64,000 nt of DNA from the human T2T-CHM13v2.0 reference genome, Homo sapiens: the NCBI RefSeq assembly GCF_009914755.1, contig NC_060940.1. The stretch is one strand, 5' to 3'. The first letter of the stretch is position 1. Every line of letters begins with the position of its first letter. Both the position numbers and the translations under genes were made by a program. The notes below the pieces were generated by a model. The model was not told the origin of the DNA and did no database searches. It was given only the letters and a program-made list of their open reading frames with translations. Positions 1 to 20,324 of this stretch are shown in pieces.

Positions 1-15
1 AAGGCAGCGTTCACA

Positions 16-543
<528 letters not shown>

Positions 544-2447
544 TAACAGGCTGGTGTCACATTTTCAAATTCTGTCACCAGCCCTTGAACACATGTCTTT
601 GTACTTTTTTCCATTTTTAACCGGGGCTGAGTTACGCCCAACCACACTGTCCTGGCTGGCACGGGGGAGGAGGTGTCAGCTGCTGTCCAGAATAGGGCTG
701 ACACATTCATTTTAAACAGGCCAGGAAGATGCAGATTTGGCAAGCTCTGAAATTTGCCAACATCCCAAGTCCAGGGTAAGCAGGAGAACTGGAAAAGGGC
801 AGCTTCTCATGTGGTCAGGTTCTCCTGACACAAGCGTCCTGGTGGATTTGGGTTTCCCAAGGGTCCTGACTCCAGGAGACCCCCAGGGCTGACAGGAAGG
901 GCCACCGCTCCCTCTGAAACTCTGAAACCAGGCCACCCGGTGCTGAAATGCTGTGTGAACTCCGGCAAGTTCCTTTGCAGGGACTGAGCCTCCCTTTCCT
1001 GTTTCCAACAGACTGGAACAACTGCCTCCTGCTGCATGGGCGAAATACCTCGCGGACATGTCTTACGGCGCCCCATGAAAGCATCACCATTAATCTGACC
1101 AGTCACCGCAGCATGAGTATCTTCAGGGCACAGATGAAGCCGTGGGCACCAGTGATAAGGAGTTGCCACTGCTGGCTAAGTGCGGAGCCTCACACATCTG
1201 TGGTCCGGAAACCCACGCCCCACTCCAAACCCTCTACAGCTCCAACAGTTATGCTAACAAGAAAAAGGAGTGAAAACCCGCTCCAGTCACGGTATTGTGG
1301 AGGTGGAAGGACACTTGTGGCAGCCAATCCAACACCTCCATTTTATAGCCGGGGTAAACGTAGTTCAGAGAGGTTGTCCCACTTGGTGAAAGTCACACAG
1401 CAGTTCCTGGGCGGCAAAGTGAGGACATCCAGGTCTCCTAAATCTCACCCTCGCGCTCTGGCCACTTGACTGGGATTTTCAATCCCGGCTGTCAAAGAGA
1501 AGCACCAAGTCCACTTGGGCTCCTGGCCAGCGTCCAAGCCAGTCCAACTCAACAGCAAGCGGAAGCAAATACCACACAATGAACTCGTTGAACAGACTCT
1601 GCGCTCAGGCTTAACCAGTGCACAGCCTGTACACCCGACAGGAGGATGCAGCTGTTCCAAGCTAAGGCCAGGGCCTCTCCCCAATCCCGATGGGCTCTGC
1701 AGATGCAGTGATGGAAGAATCCCTGGTGACGGGGAGCCCTTAGCTCTGAGCAGGACCTGAAGCCATCTCAGGGCTTGCACCGGCCCAGATGCTGCTGCAC
1801 AAGTGCTCCAGGGGCTCCTGCCCTGCCCTCCTCACCTGCCCCCTCACCTGTCAGGGATGTTTGATTCCTGGCTGGCCCCTCCCCTACCTGACCCCTGCCA
1901 AAGACCCACGTCACCCCAGGCTTCCAGCTCTGAAGCAAACGACCAGAGAAGTCAAGCGCCTGGCTCCGGGCCACACAGCTTGAGGGACTCAGAGCTCCAG
2001 GGACAGTGCCCGGGCCCTGCTCAGGCCTTCTGCAGAGGCCCTGGGCTCTTCCAGTTGACTCAGCTCACAAGGCCCCTACACGGTAGCAGGTGAAGACAGG
2101 GCCCCAAGAACCCTCAGGCTCTGAAGCCACACATGAGAGCCGTGGACAGAATCCTGCATTGGCCTCCAGCAGCTCGAGAGCACAGGGACAAAGGTGGACT
2201 GGCCCCGGGGTCACCATGGCCTTGGTTTTGTAGCAGCTGCAGTTTGAGCACGTACACCAAAAATAAAATTCTAAGCCCCGTAACTGACTAAAGGGACCCC
2301 TCCTATTGCCAAAGGGATATTCCAAAGTTAACCTGAAAAACGAGCTCAGGTCACGATGGGAAGAGGGGGTCACACAGGCCTTGTTATACCCCCTCCCTCT
2401 GGAATTCAGGTACAGCGGACCAGCACTAACACTCAAACACAGATCTT

Positions 2448-3274
<827 letters not shown>

Positions 3275-3506
3275 TCATGTACTGACTGATGTCTGCCTGT
3301 AACTTCTGTCCTTGTAGGAGGTATGAACTCCAGCTGTGGCCCACCCCCTGGGGCACATGTCCTCAGGGCCTCCAGGCCTTGGTCCTCACATTTGACTCCG
3401 GATAAATCTCTTCAAACATTTTACAGAGTCTGGCTTTCTCGTTAACAAGCAGCTCACACATACAGTGTCTCAGTAGTGACAGATGCTGGCCCACCCCGAG
3501 GTCAGG

Positions 3507-3517
3507 ATGACTCAGCA
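3507..3517 (+). promoter_or_regulatory. Consensus ARE/MARE (NRF2-sMAF, AP-1 core) ATGACTCAGCA
   Basis: Exact match to RTGACTCAGCA. Confidence 0.5.
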
Positions 3518-4866
3518 GGGATCGAGTTTGCGGGCGTCACGCTCCAAGGCCCAGAATAGGAGGTCGGTGCTCATTCCTCACGTAGTGGGCAAATCCTAGG
3601 GCAGGGGAGGGGCGGGCAATGCCAGAGAACGGTCCCCACCTGGGGTGGTCTGACGGCCAGGGATGCAGGGAGAGACGCCTCCCACACTCCCGGAGGCACG
3701 CACGTGCTGTGGCCACCCCGGAGGGTCCGCCTTCCAGAGGGAGAATTCAGGATTCGGCCAGTATCAGGGAAGGAGACGCTGTGGGGGGCCCTCCTGTTGG
3801 AAAAGGGCAGCAGCGGGAAGAGGGTGCTGCCACAGGGCCTCTGGGGAGCGTGCGGGCACACAGTACCAATCTGCATGCATACACCTGTCCTGTCCCTGCA
3901 GACGGGCCAGGCAAGGCCTGCCCATGGCCAGCTATCCAGGTGATGCTCCAGGGAGGGCCAGGCCTACTGGGGGGCAGAACCCTGTGGCTGTCCAGGGTAC
4001 CTGGATGTGAGTCTGGGAAGGATGGAGAAGGGTGGAGGAGCGCAAAGGGCCCCTAGGGGATGCTGGGGAACACAGATGAGCCTCTGACCCACCTGTGTCC
4101 TTACCTGGGCCGACTGGGCCACCCAGTCTTGCTGACTGACACCTCCCCAGACCCCTGGCACCCACCAGACTCCCCAGGCGTGGCTTTGTGCTCCCCTATG
4201 CCTGATGACAAATGGTGGCCTCAGTGTAGAGGTGGGCACTGTGGCCCCTGGCTCCTGGCTCGCTCCTGCCTCAGTTTCCCCAGCTGTAAATTGGGGATTA
4301 TCACTGGCTTCAAAGGCTGGAGTGCAAAGTGGTGGCCAAGAGGTGGCCAAGAGGTGCCAAGAGGTGGTCCAAGAGTGTGCCCTACCTTGGACACCCCTCT
4401 CCTGGGGGTGGCTCTCAACCTGGCCTGGGCCCCCGGGGGTCTGCGCAACCCACCCTTCTGTGTGAAGGCGGCTGATACACATTTCTGGGCAAGATTCTGC
4501 ACATTCTGCTGGATTATGAAAGAGGTCTGTGACCCAAGAAAAAAGGGTCACAAGTGCCCGTTAGGCTCTCCTGTGTGGCTCAGGTCATGTGCTTCTGTGA
4601 GCTCCCCCTACGGCCTTGCCCCGAATCCCGTGATGCAGCGTGACCTGCCTAGGTGCCGGCGGCACTTTCATGTGCGGCTGGGAAAGTCAGATTTCAGCAC
4701 TAATCACTGGCTGCCGCCTGCAATGAGCCCACGGCTTGAGCTCTGGGGCCCACCCAGCTCCTTAAACACGCAGAACCTTTGCCAGCTGAGCCAGGATCCC
4801 AGCTGTGGGGGGTTGGGGGTGGAGGGGTGCAGGGATCCCAAAACCCAACCCGGGGCCAGGTTTTAC

Positions 4867-4984
4867 ACAGGCCTGGACTGAGAAGTGGGGCTACAGGCTA
4901 CAGGTGCTTGATACCCCAGGGGGGCCCTGGAACAGGCCTGGACTGAGAAGCGGGGCTACAGGTTACAGGTGCTGGATACCCCAG
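4867..4984. repeat. Tandem duplication, 65-bp period x2
   Basis: ACAGGCCTGGACTGAGAAGYGGGGCTACAGGYTACAGGTGCTKGATACCCCAG at 4867 and 4932. Confidence 0.85.
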
Positions 4985-6738
4985 CGGTTGGGGGGGTGGT
5001 GCTGGACACCCAGGGGGCAGATAGAGGCAGCCAGGCAGCCTGAAGACCCTGGGGCAAAACACACACAGGCCCCCTCTGCTCTCTGGTCACTGCTAACTGG
5101 CCAACTGGCCTTTGAGTCCACTGACCACAGCTAAGCCCACAGCCATCAAAACCCACCCCTTACACCCTTCACCCTTTAGGGAGGGGCTCAGAGACAGTTG
5201 TGGCGATTCCTACTTCCACCCATAGCCCCCCGACCCTGGGCCTGTGCCGAGCGTGGGTGGGTGACATCATCTCGCACCCAGAGCTCCAGACTAAAGGAAA
5301 CCCTGGCTCCTGTCTCTGGCTCTTCCCTCCCTCTCTTTGTTCCCTTGCTCCTTCCTTCTTTTGCCAGAGGAGAAGACAGTGAGGCTGAGGGCTGCTCCAT
5401 GTGCACAGTGAGCAGGAGATACAGGCACGTGGAGGGACGGTCACAGCCCGTGCAACTGGCACCTTCACACGCAGAGGCCTGGGATTCCCAGACACCTGGC
5501 GCTGGGGCCAATCCCATTCCACAGTCAGAAACAGGCTCGGCGGGGCCAGGTGGATTTCTCAAAGCCTTGGTTGCTTTTGGCCTGATGCTAGCTGGACAGT
5601 GTCTCAGCTCACAGGTTCCTAAACGCATACCCGCCCACACCAATCTGCTGAGGAGTGACAGCCATGGGGAGGAGAGCCACCTCACTCCAGGGACCCTGGC
5701 ACCGTCTCCCATGAGGCCAGGTGTCCTCAGCCACCCGCAGCCAGAGTCCCGCGAGACCGACGGACGGCCTGCCCCTGCGTGACGGCACGCCTGGGACTGT
5801 CTCAGCAGCCCCCCATGCTTCACCCAACTGGGACAGGGAAACAGGAGGGGGCTACTTCTGCTTTCAAGGCATGGAGGAGCTGTCTGCAGGCCACTTCCCG
5901 AACACCTATGCGCTTGGAGAAGTGACTGAGACTGAGCCAGGGTATCTTCTCCACGATGCAGTGAGCCCATCGGGCCCTTCTTCTGAGAGCACCTCCCTGG
6001 AGGTGGAAGCCCCTGAGGCCCACAGCATCTTCTGAACCTGTGAGTTCCCACTTACTGAGAACTCGCCTGGATCAGTGCCGGGCCACAGTGGACCGGGACT
6101 TTGAGTGGATGCTACCCTACTCGCTATGCAGAGCCAGCTGGGGCCCAGGGAGGTCAGATAAACTGCCCAAACCAAATCCAGGCCCAGCCAGAATCTCAGC
6201 TCCAGCCTTTGCGCCTTCTGATAAAACCCAGCATCGCTTGAATTTCCAGTACACGCTGCCAAGTCTTCGTTAAGCAATAAATAACCACACAACCCTACTG
6301 TCATGCCAAGTTCCATATGGCCATCCAGAAAGAGACACATGGAGCTGGTTCCTCTCACCTTTATGACCAGTGAAAAGCGCACCAACACGAAGACACGCGT
6401 GAAAGGACCTCATCTCCTACCCAGACTGACAAGCAAGGGATTTTTTTCACTCACCGTCAGTGGGATGGTTCTAAGCACCGAGGCCAACCCATTTCACACG
6501 ATTATTTCACAAAAAGAAACCTTCTGTGGGACGTGCCTGGGCGACTGAAAAGACAGCCAGCAAAACTGAGAACCTTGTTCTCAAATCTATACCCTCTCCC
6601 AAGGCAGCCTCAGAGGCCCGAGGGCTGAGGATCCAGACCCGAAAGCCACTGTACCTTCTGTAGGATCAGGCTCAAGGAATAAGGGGGTAAAAGGTGCCCT
6701 TTCCCTTCCTAAGCAGAAAATTCCAGAACCCAACCTTA

Positions 6739-7120
<382 letters not shown>

Positions 7121-7363
7121 CTATGGCTTTTCACTGCTCCAGGAGCAATGTCCACAGATCAAACGCCCGGCCTCTCCTTCACACCCTGGAGCGCCCATCC
7201 TGCCCACTGGTCCGGGCTCCAGGCTGCCCCCTGCACCTGTCAGAAGCCCCCCTATAAGGGCAGGGTCTCCCTTCCCGGGACATCCACTGCCCTTCTCCGA
7301 GCTGAAGTCAGAATGACCTGAGAATCAGCTTGGAGTTCTACCAGCCTCAGCAAAGCCCACCTC

Positions 7364-7847
7364 TGCGACAGCACTCCTTGCAGACCCCTGACCCGGTGAC
7401 AGATGAATAAAGTACAGACACACAGATATTCTGCTCTGCCAGTCCAGCTGAGGGTCCCAGCCGCTTATAGGCTCCCTGCTGAGTCCTGTAAACAGTTGCT
7501 ACTTGGCCCTGATCAGCTAGTCAGACGTGCATTTATTCAGTATGATTAACTAACAAAAGCTTGAGTCAACACCATTAGAATGTAACAGACATTGTGGACT
7601 TCCCAAGTAAAAAGCACTTAAACACCCACGGTCTTAAGATTATGCGAGTAAACAAGCTAGCTAGGTAAACTACGCTGCCTTTCTTTTATCACTATTTTTA
7701 TTTGTTTAATTAAAGGTAAAGGGATCAGGCCGCCTTCAGCCAGAGCTAATTACCGAAGTTATGCCAACTTCTCGGCCTTCCAAGATTTGTGTCTATTTCT
7801 ATAACTATCTCTAATATCTTTCCCACCAGAATGATTGAACCCCAACA
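7364..7847 (-). mobile_element. Uninterrupted 484-bp solo ERVK-class LTR (LTR22/HML-5-like)
   Basis: TG...CA termini; 6-bp TSD CACCTC at 7358-7363 and 7848-7853; minus strand starts TGTTGGGGTTCAATCA; AATAAA on - at 7532-7537. Subfamily from memory. Confidence 0.8.
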
Positions 7848-8207
7848 CACCTCCCTCTCTCAGCAGGGTCTGCCTGTTCAGAGAACACAGCTTCTCTTTC
7901 TTGCCTTACACACAGGGGCAAGAATAGATTCACTCTTGCAGAGAGTACATCCCTTTCTGTTACTGAAAATCACTTTCCAAAAAAAAAAGCAACACATACA
8001 CACATACTCACCACACACACAGGTGGGTCAGAGAAAAAAAACAAGTACAAATGGCTTAGGGACATGAGAAGTGTGGCCCTAACTTTCGCTGAAAGGGACC
8101 CTATTAACATTAACCCTCACCTCTGGGTCAGAGAGGGTTGGCACTCTAGGGCCTGCCTTGAAGCTTTACCTACTGGGACCAAAAGGACTGCTTGGAAAGC
8201 TATTTTA

Positions 8208-10000
<1,793 letters not shown>

Positions 10001-10614
10001 AACCAGGGGTTCATTTTTTAAAGATAAGAGTGCAGGCTGCGTAAGCTACTATCCATGTCGTTACATACCGGGCCGACATGTACCTAGGCGGGAGGGAGAC
10101 TGAACCAGTGAAATTCTAATGACAAAAAAAGAAATCAGAGTCATCCCCTACATTCACATCTCCAACGCCCAGCTGGAAGGCACAGGCTCTCCCCACTGCT
10201 GTCCTGCTACGATTTTTCCCGGCTTTGACCTGCATGGTGGTGCGGCTGCTCGACTCAGAGCCTCAGAGAAACCACACAGAGCCCTGCTGAGTCTTGCCCT
10301 CGGGGCATTCTCACATTTATGAAGAAATGCCTCCCCCTCCCCCTCCCCCCCAAAGTACGGTGTGGCAGAAAACAGCGCCAACAGGTCCTGCCAGTCAGAA
10401 GCCACTCCCCTGATTTCATGGCTCAAGACCCCAACTATAAATTAGCCCTTCCCACCTTGAATGTGTACACACACTATTGAGATGCAGGCCGATCCATGCC
10501 ATGGGATGAATCTGAGAATTGCCAAGACCCACCTTCCCACGCCACCCAACCAAATCATGTGGCATCTGCTACAAGTGATTTTCCCCCTGAAATCCCACAA
10601 GAAAACTATTTTGA

Positions 10615-10926
10615 GGCCGGGCACGGTGGCTCACGCCTGTAATCCCAGCACTTTGGGAGGCCGAGGCGGGCGGATCACAAGGTCAGGAGATCGAGACCAT
10701 CCTGGCTAACACGGTGAAACGCCGTCTCTACTAAAAATACAAAAAAAATTACCCGGGCGTAGTGGCGGGCACCTGTAGTCCCAGCTACTCGGGAGGCTGA
10801 GCCAGGAGAATGGCATGAACCTGGGAGGCGGGCTTGCAGTGAGCCGAGATCGTGCCACTGTACTCCAGCCTGGGCGACTGAGCGAGACTCAGTGTCAAAA
10901 AAAAAAAAAAGAAAAAGAAAAAGAAA
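10615..10926 (+). mobile_element. AluY with 16-bp TSD
   Basis: AluY diagnostics (GAGACCATCCTGGCTAACACGG, GCTTGCAG); TSD AAGAAAACTATTTTGA at 10599-10614 and 10927-10942. Confidence 0.92.
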
Positions 10927-11597
10927 AAGAAAACTATTTTGAAAAGCAGTTATCTCTGGCCTGGTGAAGAACACACCAGCACCATGCCCACCAAAACAGG
11001 AGCCCCATGGCTGTTTCCCAGAGAAACCTGGGACCCGCACGTCCATTCACTGCAACCCAGACTGAATCTGCAGCCAAGCTCCGCTCTCTCACTACTGGGA
11101 ACCCTCAGGGGGGATCCCTTAGCCTAAACCAGCACCAGTCACTACCCGCACACGATGTTATTACTACTGTTTTCTTATGACTCAGCCCGTGTCACTGATT
11201 CCTGACGAGCTGGTGTGGAGAGCAGAAATGAATGATTTTTTTTTTAACTGCAATTTCCTTCTCACCAACCAGTCAGCAATCGGAGCTCTAACAGTAAACC
11301 GATTGCTCAGTTACTCCACGTGGGTGCCACGCAAGAGGCTGGGAGTATTGCTCAGCGGGGCCAACGGGAGGCTGGCACTTGCCTGAACCGCTTAAGTGGG
11401 GGAATGGAATGCCCACCGAAGGGCAGGGCAGGGACCCTGCTGTCCCGTCACTGAAGATATTCCCAGCCTGTGGGGAGAAGTGTAAAAGAATGAATGAAAG
11501 AAACGCACGTGGTTTCTGGGACCAATGACCTTAGCCTAGAACTGCCGGGATGGTCCAGGAACGTAAAGATGTAGAGATGTGGGAGCCAGGGGCGTAG

Positions 11598-11606
11598 TGA
11601 TGCAAG
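11598..11606 (+). promoter_or_regulatory. C/EBP-ATF composite (AARE/CARE) motif TGATGCAAG
   Basis: Matches TGATGxAAx, about 60 bp into SLC7A5 intron 1. Confidence 0.55.
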
Positions 11607-11663
11607 GATGCAGGGACCCAGAGACTACGACCTCCCAACCCCCGGCCCGCGCCCCGTACTCAC

Positions 11664-12201
11664 GCACGCAGAGGCAGGCCACGAGCTTGGCTGCCTCCTC
11701 GGGCACCGGGCAGGTGGGGAAGAGCGGCTTGAGCAGGTAGGTGGCGAAGACCAGGGCCACGATGTACTGCGATGAAGGCCGGATGATGAGCAGCTCGATC
11801 CAGAGCTTGAGGAAGGCGGGCAGCGAGCCGTAGACCTCCAGCATGTAGGCGTAGTCTCCGCCCGATTTGGAGATGGTGGTGCCGAGCTCCGCGTAGCAGA
11901 GCGCGCCCACGATGGAGAAGACGCCGCACGCGGCCCACACCACCAGCGCCAGCCCCGGCGAGCCTGCCTCCTTGAGCACGCCCGTGGGCGTCACGAAGAT
12001 GCCCGAGCCGATAATGGTCCCCACGATGATGGCCACGCCGTTGAGCAGCGTGATGTTCCGCTGCAGGGTCACGCCCTCGCCCTCGCCTGCCGGCGCCGAG
12101 CCGTCCGCGCTCTTGGCGGCCAGCATCTTCTCCCGCGCCTCTTCCTTCTCCTCGGCCGCCGGCGCCGCTAGCGCGCGCCGCTTCGGGCCCGCACCCGCCA
12201 T
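11664..12201 (-). CDS. SLC7A5: SLC7A5 (LAT1, large neutral amino acid transporter) exon 1 coding part, codons 1-179 plus 1 nt
   Basis: Translation [69 protein letters not shown]...[18 protein letters not shown] matches the human LAT1 N-terminus (TM1 GSG motif; Cys164 in PTCP links to 4F2hc). Kozak AGCATGG; donor C|GTGAGT at 11663; 538 nt. Confidence 0.98.
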
Positions 12202-12280
12202 GCTCTGCGCACCGGCCGGGCCTGGGACACCCGGGAGCCGCGGCCCAGCGAGCAGTGTGCGCGCCGCCCGCCGCCCGCAG

Positions 12281-12420
12281 CTGCGTCAGGAACCCCGCCC
12301 GCGCCGCCTTTTAGGCCCCGGCCCGCCGGCCCCGCCCACCGTCCGCGGCTCCTCCCCGCCCCGTGGCCCGGCCCCGTCCCTCAGCCCCGCCCCCTCGGCC
12401 CAGCTCGGAGCACGTGCGTC
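12281..12420 (-). promoter_or_regulatory. SLC7A5: SLC7A5 core promoter: CRE-like TGACGCA, TATA-like CTAAAAG, GC boxes, E-box
   Basis: + strand tgcgtca 12282-12288; cttttag 12308-12314 (CTAAAAG on -); repeated CCCCGCCC (Sp1/KLF) over 12293-12393; CACGTG 12411-12416. Confidence 0.75.
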
Positions 12421-14521
12421 GTCCGGCCCAGCCTGGCGGGCTATTCCCAGGCCCGCGTGGTCCTCGAAGGCCCCAGTCCTCCTGCTTCATGGAGACCCCG
12501 GCCTCGCGACCTCCCCCCTCCCGGCGCCCGCGTCATCCCAGCCCGTCCTCCCGGATGCGCCTGGGCGGGGCCTGGCAGTCAGGGCGCGCCCCTTCACCCA
12601 CTGGCCCGCAGCCTCTCGTCAAGCCTGGGAGCGGGCAGTGCACCAGGGCTGGCCTGAGGCCAAGGATGGAGTTTGGGGTACCCCCCGAAGGGAACCTAGG
12701 CTCCTGTCCCGGATGGGCCGAGGGGATGGAACCGCCCCCACAACCTGCTCCTGGGGCACGGGGGAGGGATGAGAGGATGACCTGAGGGGAAGCCCCTGCA
12801 GCCTCCTTCCAGTCTGGGGGCTGCATCAGTGGGGCTGGTGAGCCGCGAACTGGGACGAGGGAAGAACCGAACCGAGGCCACCCAGTAATTCCCATTGTAT
12901 CCCAAAAGAATCTTGCCAAAGACGGCGATCCGGTGCCCGTAGCTTTGAGAAGCAGTAATAACACAGGCTTTGGGAAGCCAGCAATCTGCCTGAGCTCAAT
13001 TTAATCAACAGAACCGGGGGTTCGCTGGGAGCCATAAGACCCCCACCCCCAAATCTACCTGGGGAATTCAAAGGCAGGCTTCAGTGTGAAGGGGCTTTAA
13101 AGCTTGTTATTCCTAGGGAATGCGAGAGGCATCTTAGCTAAAAAGGGTTGAGAGGTAATTTCAGTTAGAGGCGAGAGCAGGATGCCAAGGCTCCTAGGCC
13201 TGGAAATGGGAAGGAATATAAATACTGCCCCGAGATTGACCAGACTGGTGAGCGGCCAAAGACCTGTTCAAAGGGTGTGTGTGGGTCAGGGAGGAAGCTC
13301 CTCAGTATCACCCCACCCCGGGGTTCCTTGGCGTGTGTGCAAACGAGTCCTTGGAAGCTCACAGCAGGCATGTGGGGAGGCCTTTGTTCTGGGTGAGCGT
13401 TCAGCCTCCCAGGGCAAACACGCAAACACCGGTTGCAGAGCTGGGTGTTCACAGCAAGACAGTCTGCTGGGCAGATGCCTCTGGAATCCACAGAATTCTG
13501 AACAATAGCCGTGGTGGAGGGGGGTCAGAATCCCTGTCGTGCTGGGACCTCTAGCTGCAGCCAGGAATGTCCAGGCCCCACCCCAGGGAGGGGGCGGCTG
13601 AGGAATGCCAGGGCTTGTCATTCTGGACCTTGCTCGCCCCCCGGTATGTCGGGCATTCCTCTGCAGTGATAAAACCGAGCGAAATCTCAGCAGCCCAGGC
13701 AGCCACAGGCGGGGGAGTGCGGAGGTCACACAGATACTAACTTGTAATCTGCCGTCCACATTGCTGGCTGTGGAAGGTGCAGAGACCCCTCCATCTGCCC
13801 TATTCTTCCCGCTGTGCCTGCAGAGGGAAGGAGACAGTACCACCATGGCTGGGCAAACTCACCGAGTGCTCACTGAGTCCTCCCCTAGACAGCTTCTTAT
13901 GCAATAGGGTAGGTGCCAGTTAGAGCCATTTTGCAAATAAGGAAGCTGAGGCTTGGTAGGGTTACCTCGCTTGTCCGGCCAGCAAGTAGCCTGGGAGCTG
14001 TCCTTTTGACTCTGAACTTATATGGTACTTTTAATCATTCCGCCATTCTTCTTTGAGTAACAAGAAAGGCAACCAACAGTCATACCCCAAAGCATAAAAT
14101 TACAACCATGATAAGCCAAGGACATGACAGGGTGAGCCAGCGACAGCGACAGGGACCAGGCAGGTCCAGATAGACTTTTCTGAGGTGGTACCTGGAGCTG
14201 AGAGCCCAGGGTGAGTGAGAATTAATAAGGGAGGTGCAGGGGTCCCCACCGGCACAGAGGGGGCCCTGCACAGTTGGTGCAAGTCATGGTTGGTGCCCCC
14301 AGAGCCAGGCTCCTGGCAAGTGCTGGAGCCCTTAAGCAGGAAGGGTGACAACAGCCATGAGCGTGTTCAAGTCACACAGCTATTACGCCACCTCTGTCGG
14401 TTTTTACTGGGTTTTCATATGACAACATTCTAGATTTATCCAGCAAATCTACTCCTCTCAGACGTCCCTGATGCCGGCCCTGAAACGCCTTCGCCTGAAA
14501 GCTATGACTCTAGAATCTTAG

Positions 14522-14934
<413 letters not shown>

Positions 14935-15577
14935 TGATCTCGTGATCCGCCCGCCTCAGCCTCCCAAAGTGCTGGGATTACAGGCGTGAGCCACCACGCC
15001 CAGCGCCCTGCAGGTCCTTTTTAAGGCTGTTTGCAGCATAAATAAGACGAGGCATCTTCTGCCCCCCTCAGAGCGCCAGCGTGGAGTTGAGCAGGCCACC
15101 CTCTCTCACAAGGCGAACCCGTCATTATTTTGTCATTTGGAGCAACTGCAGGGGAGCAGCAAGGCCACAGGGCGAGGGGAGAGAACCCGGTGGATAATCC
15201 TTTGTTTTCTAATTATGAGATGAGTCTCGCAGTGCAGGGATTGTGGTTTTCATCTCAGCAAAATATAGGAGTGAGGTCCGGAGCGGATCCTTGCTCTTCC
15301 TTTCAACTCGTTCTTTTTCCCAGGAAAACGACTTACCTGGTAAACCCTGTAAACCAAAAATAAAATTCTAAGGGCCACCCCAGACATCTAAACAGACTTC
15401 CTCCTCAGCCAGGGCTCTTAAAATTTAACCTGAAAGACTGGTTTGGGCCAGGAAGAGAATCGGGGGTTGGACGGCCTCTTTAGACCTCTCCAGCACTAAC
15501 ACCAACACAGACTTGAAGTCTATCAGACTTAAAGATTAACATTTTACAGCCTGTTCTCTTTGAAGCCTCCTAGCTAA

Positions 15578-15964
<387 letters not shown>

Positions 15965-16105
15965 TAGTACAAACGGGGTTTCACCGTGTTAGTCAGGATG
16001 GTCTCCATCTCCTGACCTCGTGATCCGCCCGCCTTGGCCTCCCAGAGTGCTGGGATTACAGGTGTGAGCCACTGTGCCCGGCCTCCAAACATTGCTTTCT
16101 ACTGA

Positions 16106-16551
<446 letters not shown>

Positions 16552-16731
16552 TGAGTTAAAGACCAGCCTGGCCAACGTGGTGAAACCCCATCTCTACTAA
16601 AAATATAAACATTGGCCGAGTGCGGTGGCTCATGCCTGTAATCCCAGCACTTTGGGAGGCCGAAGCAGGCAGATCACTTGAGGTCAGGAGTTTAAGACCA
16701 GCCTGGCCAATATGGTGAAACCCCGTCTCTA

Positions 16732-17388
<657 letters not shown>

Positions 17389-17832
17389 TTAAAATGTATA
17401 AGACCAAGCTGCACCCCAACCACCTTGGGCACATGCGGTCCGGACCTCCCGAGGCTGTGTCACGGGTGCGCCCTCAACCTTGGCAAAATACGCTTTCTAA
17501 ATTAAAGGAGGCCTGTCTCAGATTTGCTGGCTTCACAACCCCTAATTGAAGTAGGGCTTCCTGGGGCCGCCTCTCTCCTGTGAGTCCCCTGCCGGGCTGG
17601 TTCTCAGTCACAGGGGAGAAATGCCTGCATCTTTTAACATAGCAAGGGTCCTTGCTTCTTCTGGAGGTTGTTTTTGAAAGCCATGCTTTTATTATGCTCA
17701 GAGGTGAGCTTTTCCTATCTGCATGCTTGACAAGGTGGGGCTGCCCTGAGTACGATCAGAAATTCCGTTCTGTTTCCAGGCAGATAGGTGTGTAGGGCAG
17801 CCACTCAGTCAGTGTTCGGCCTTAAAGACTCT

Positions 17833-20280
<2,448 letters not shown>

Positions 20281-20324
20281 ATGACATGGAAGCAACAGTA
20301 GGAGCCGGGGTCAGAGTTCAGGCC

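Larger units (their letters stand above)
11630..12620. promoter_or_regulatory. SLC7A5: CpG island covering SLC7A5 exon 1, 5'UTR and proximal promoter
   Basis: Very high GC with dense CpG; boundaries judged by eye. Confidence 0.9.

Noticed and set aside
4060-6051. 273-aa (+) and 287-aa (-) ORFs in SLC7A5 intron 1
   Set aside because: GC-rich intron with overlapping ORFs in several frames; no homology recognised.
11912-12772. 286-aa + strand ORF antisense to SLC7A5 exon 1
   Set aside because: Stop-poor shadow of a GC-rich CDS and CpG island; Pro/Ala/Arg-rich with no recognisable domain.
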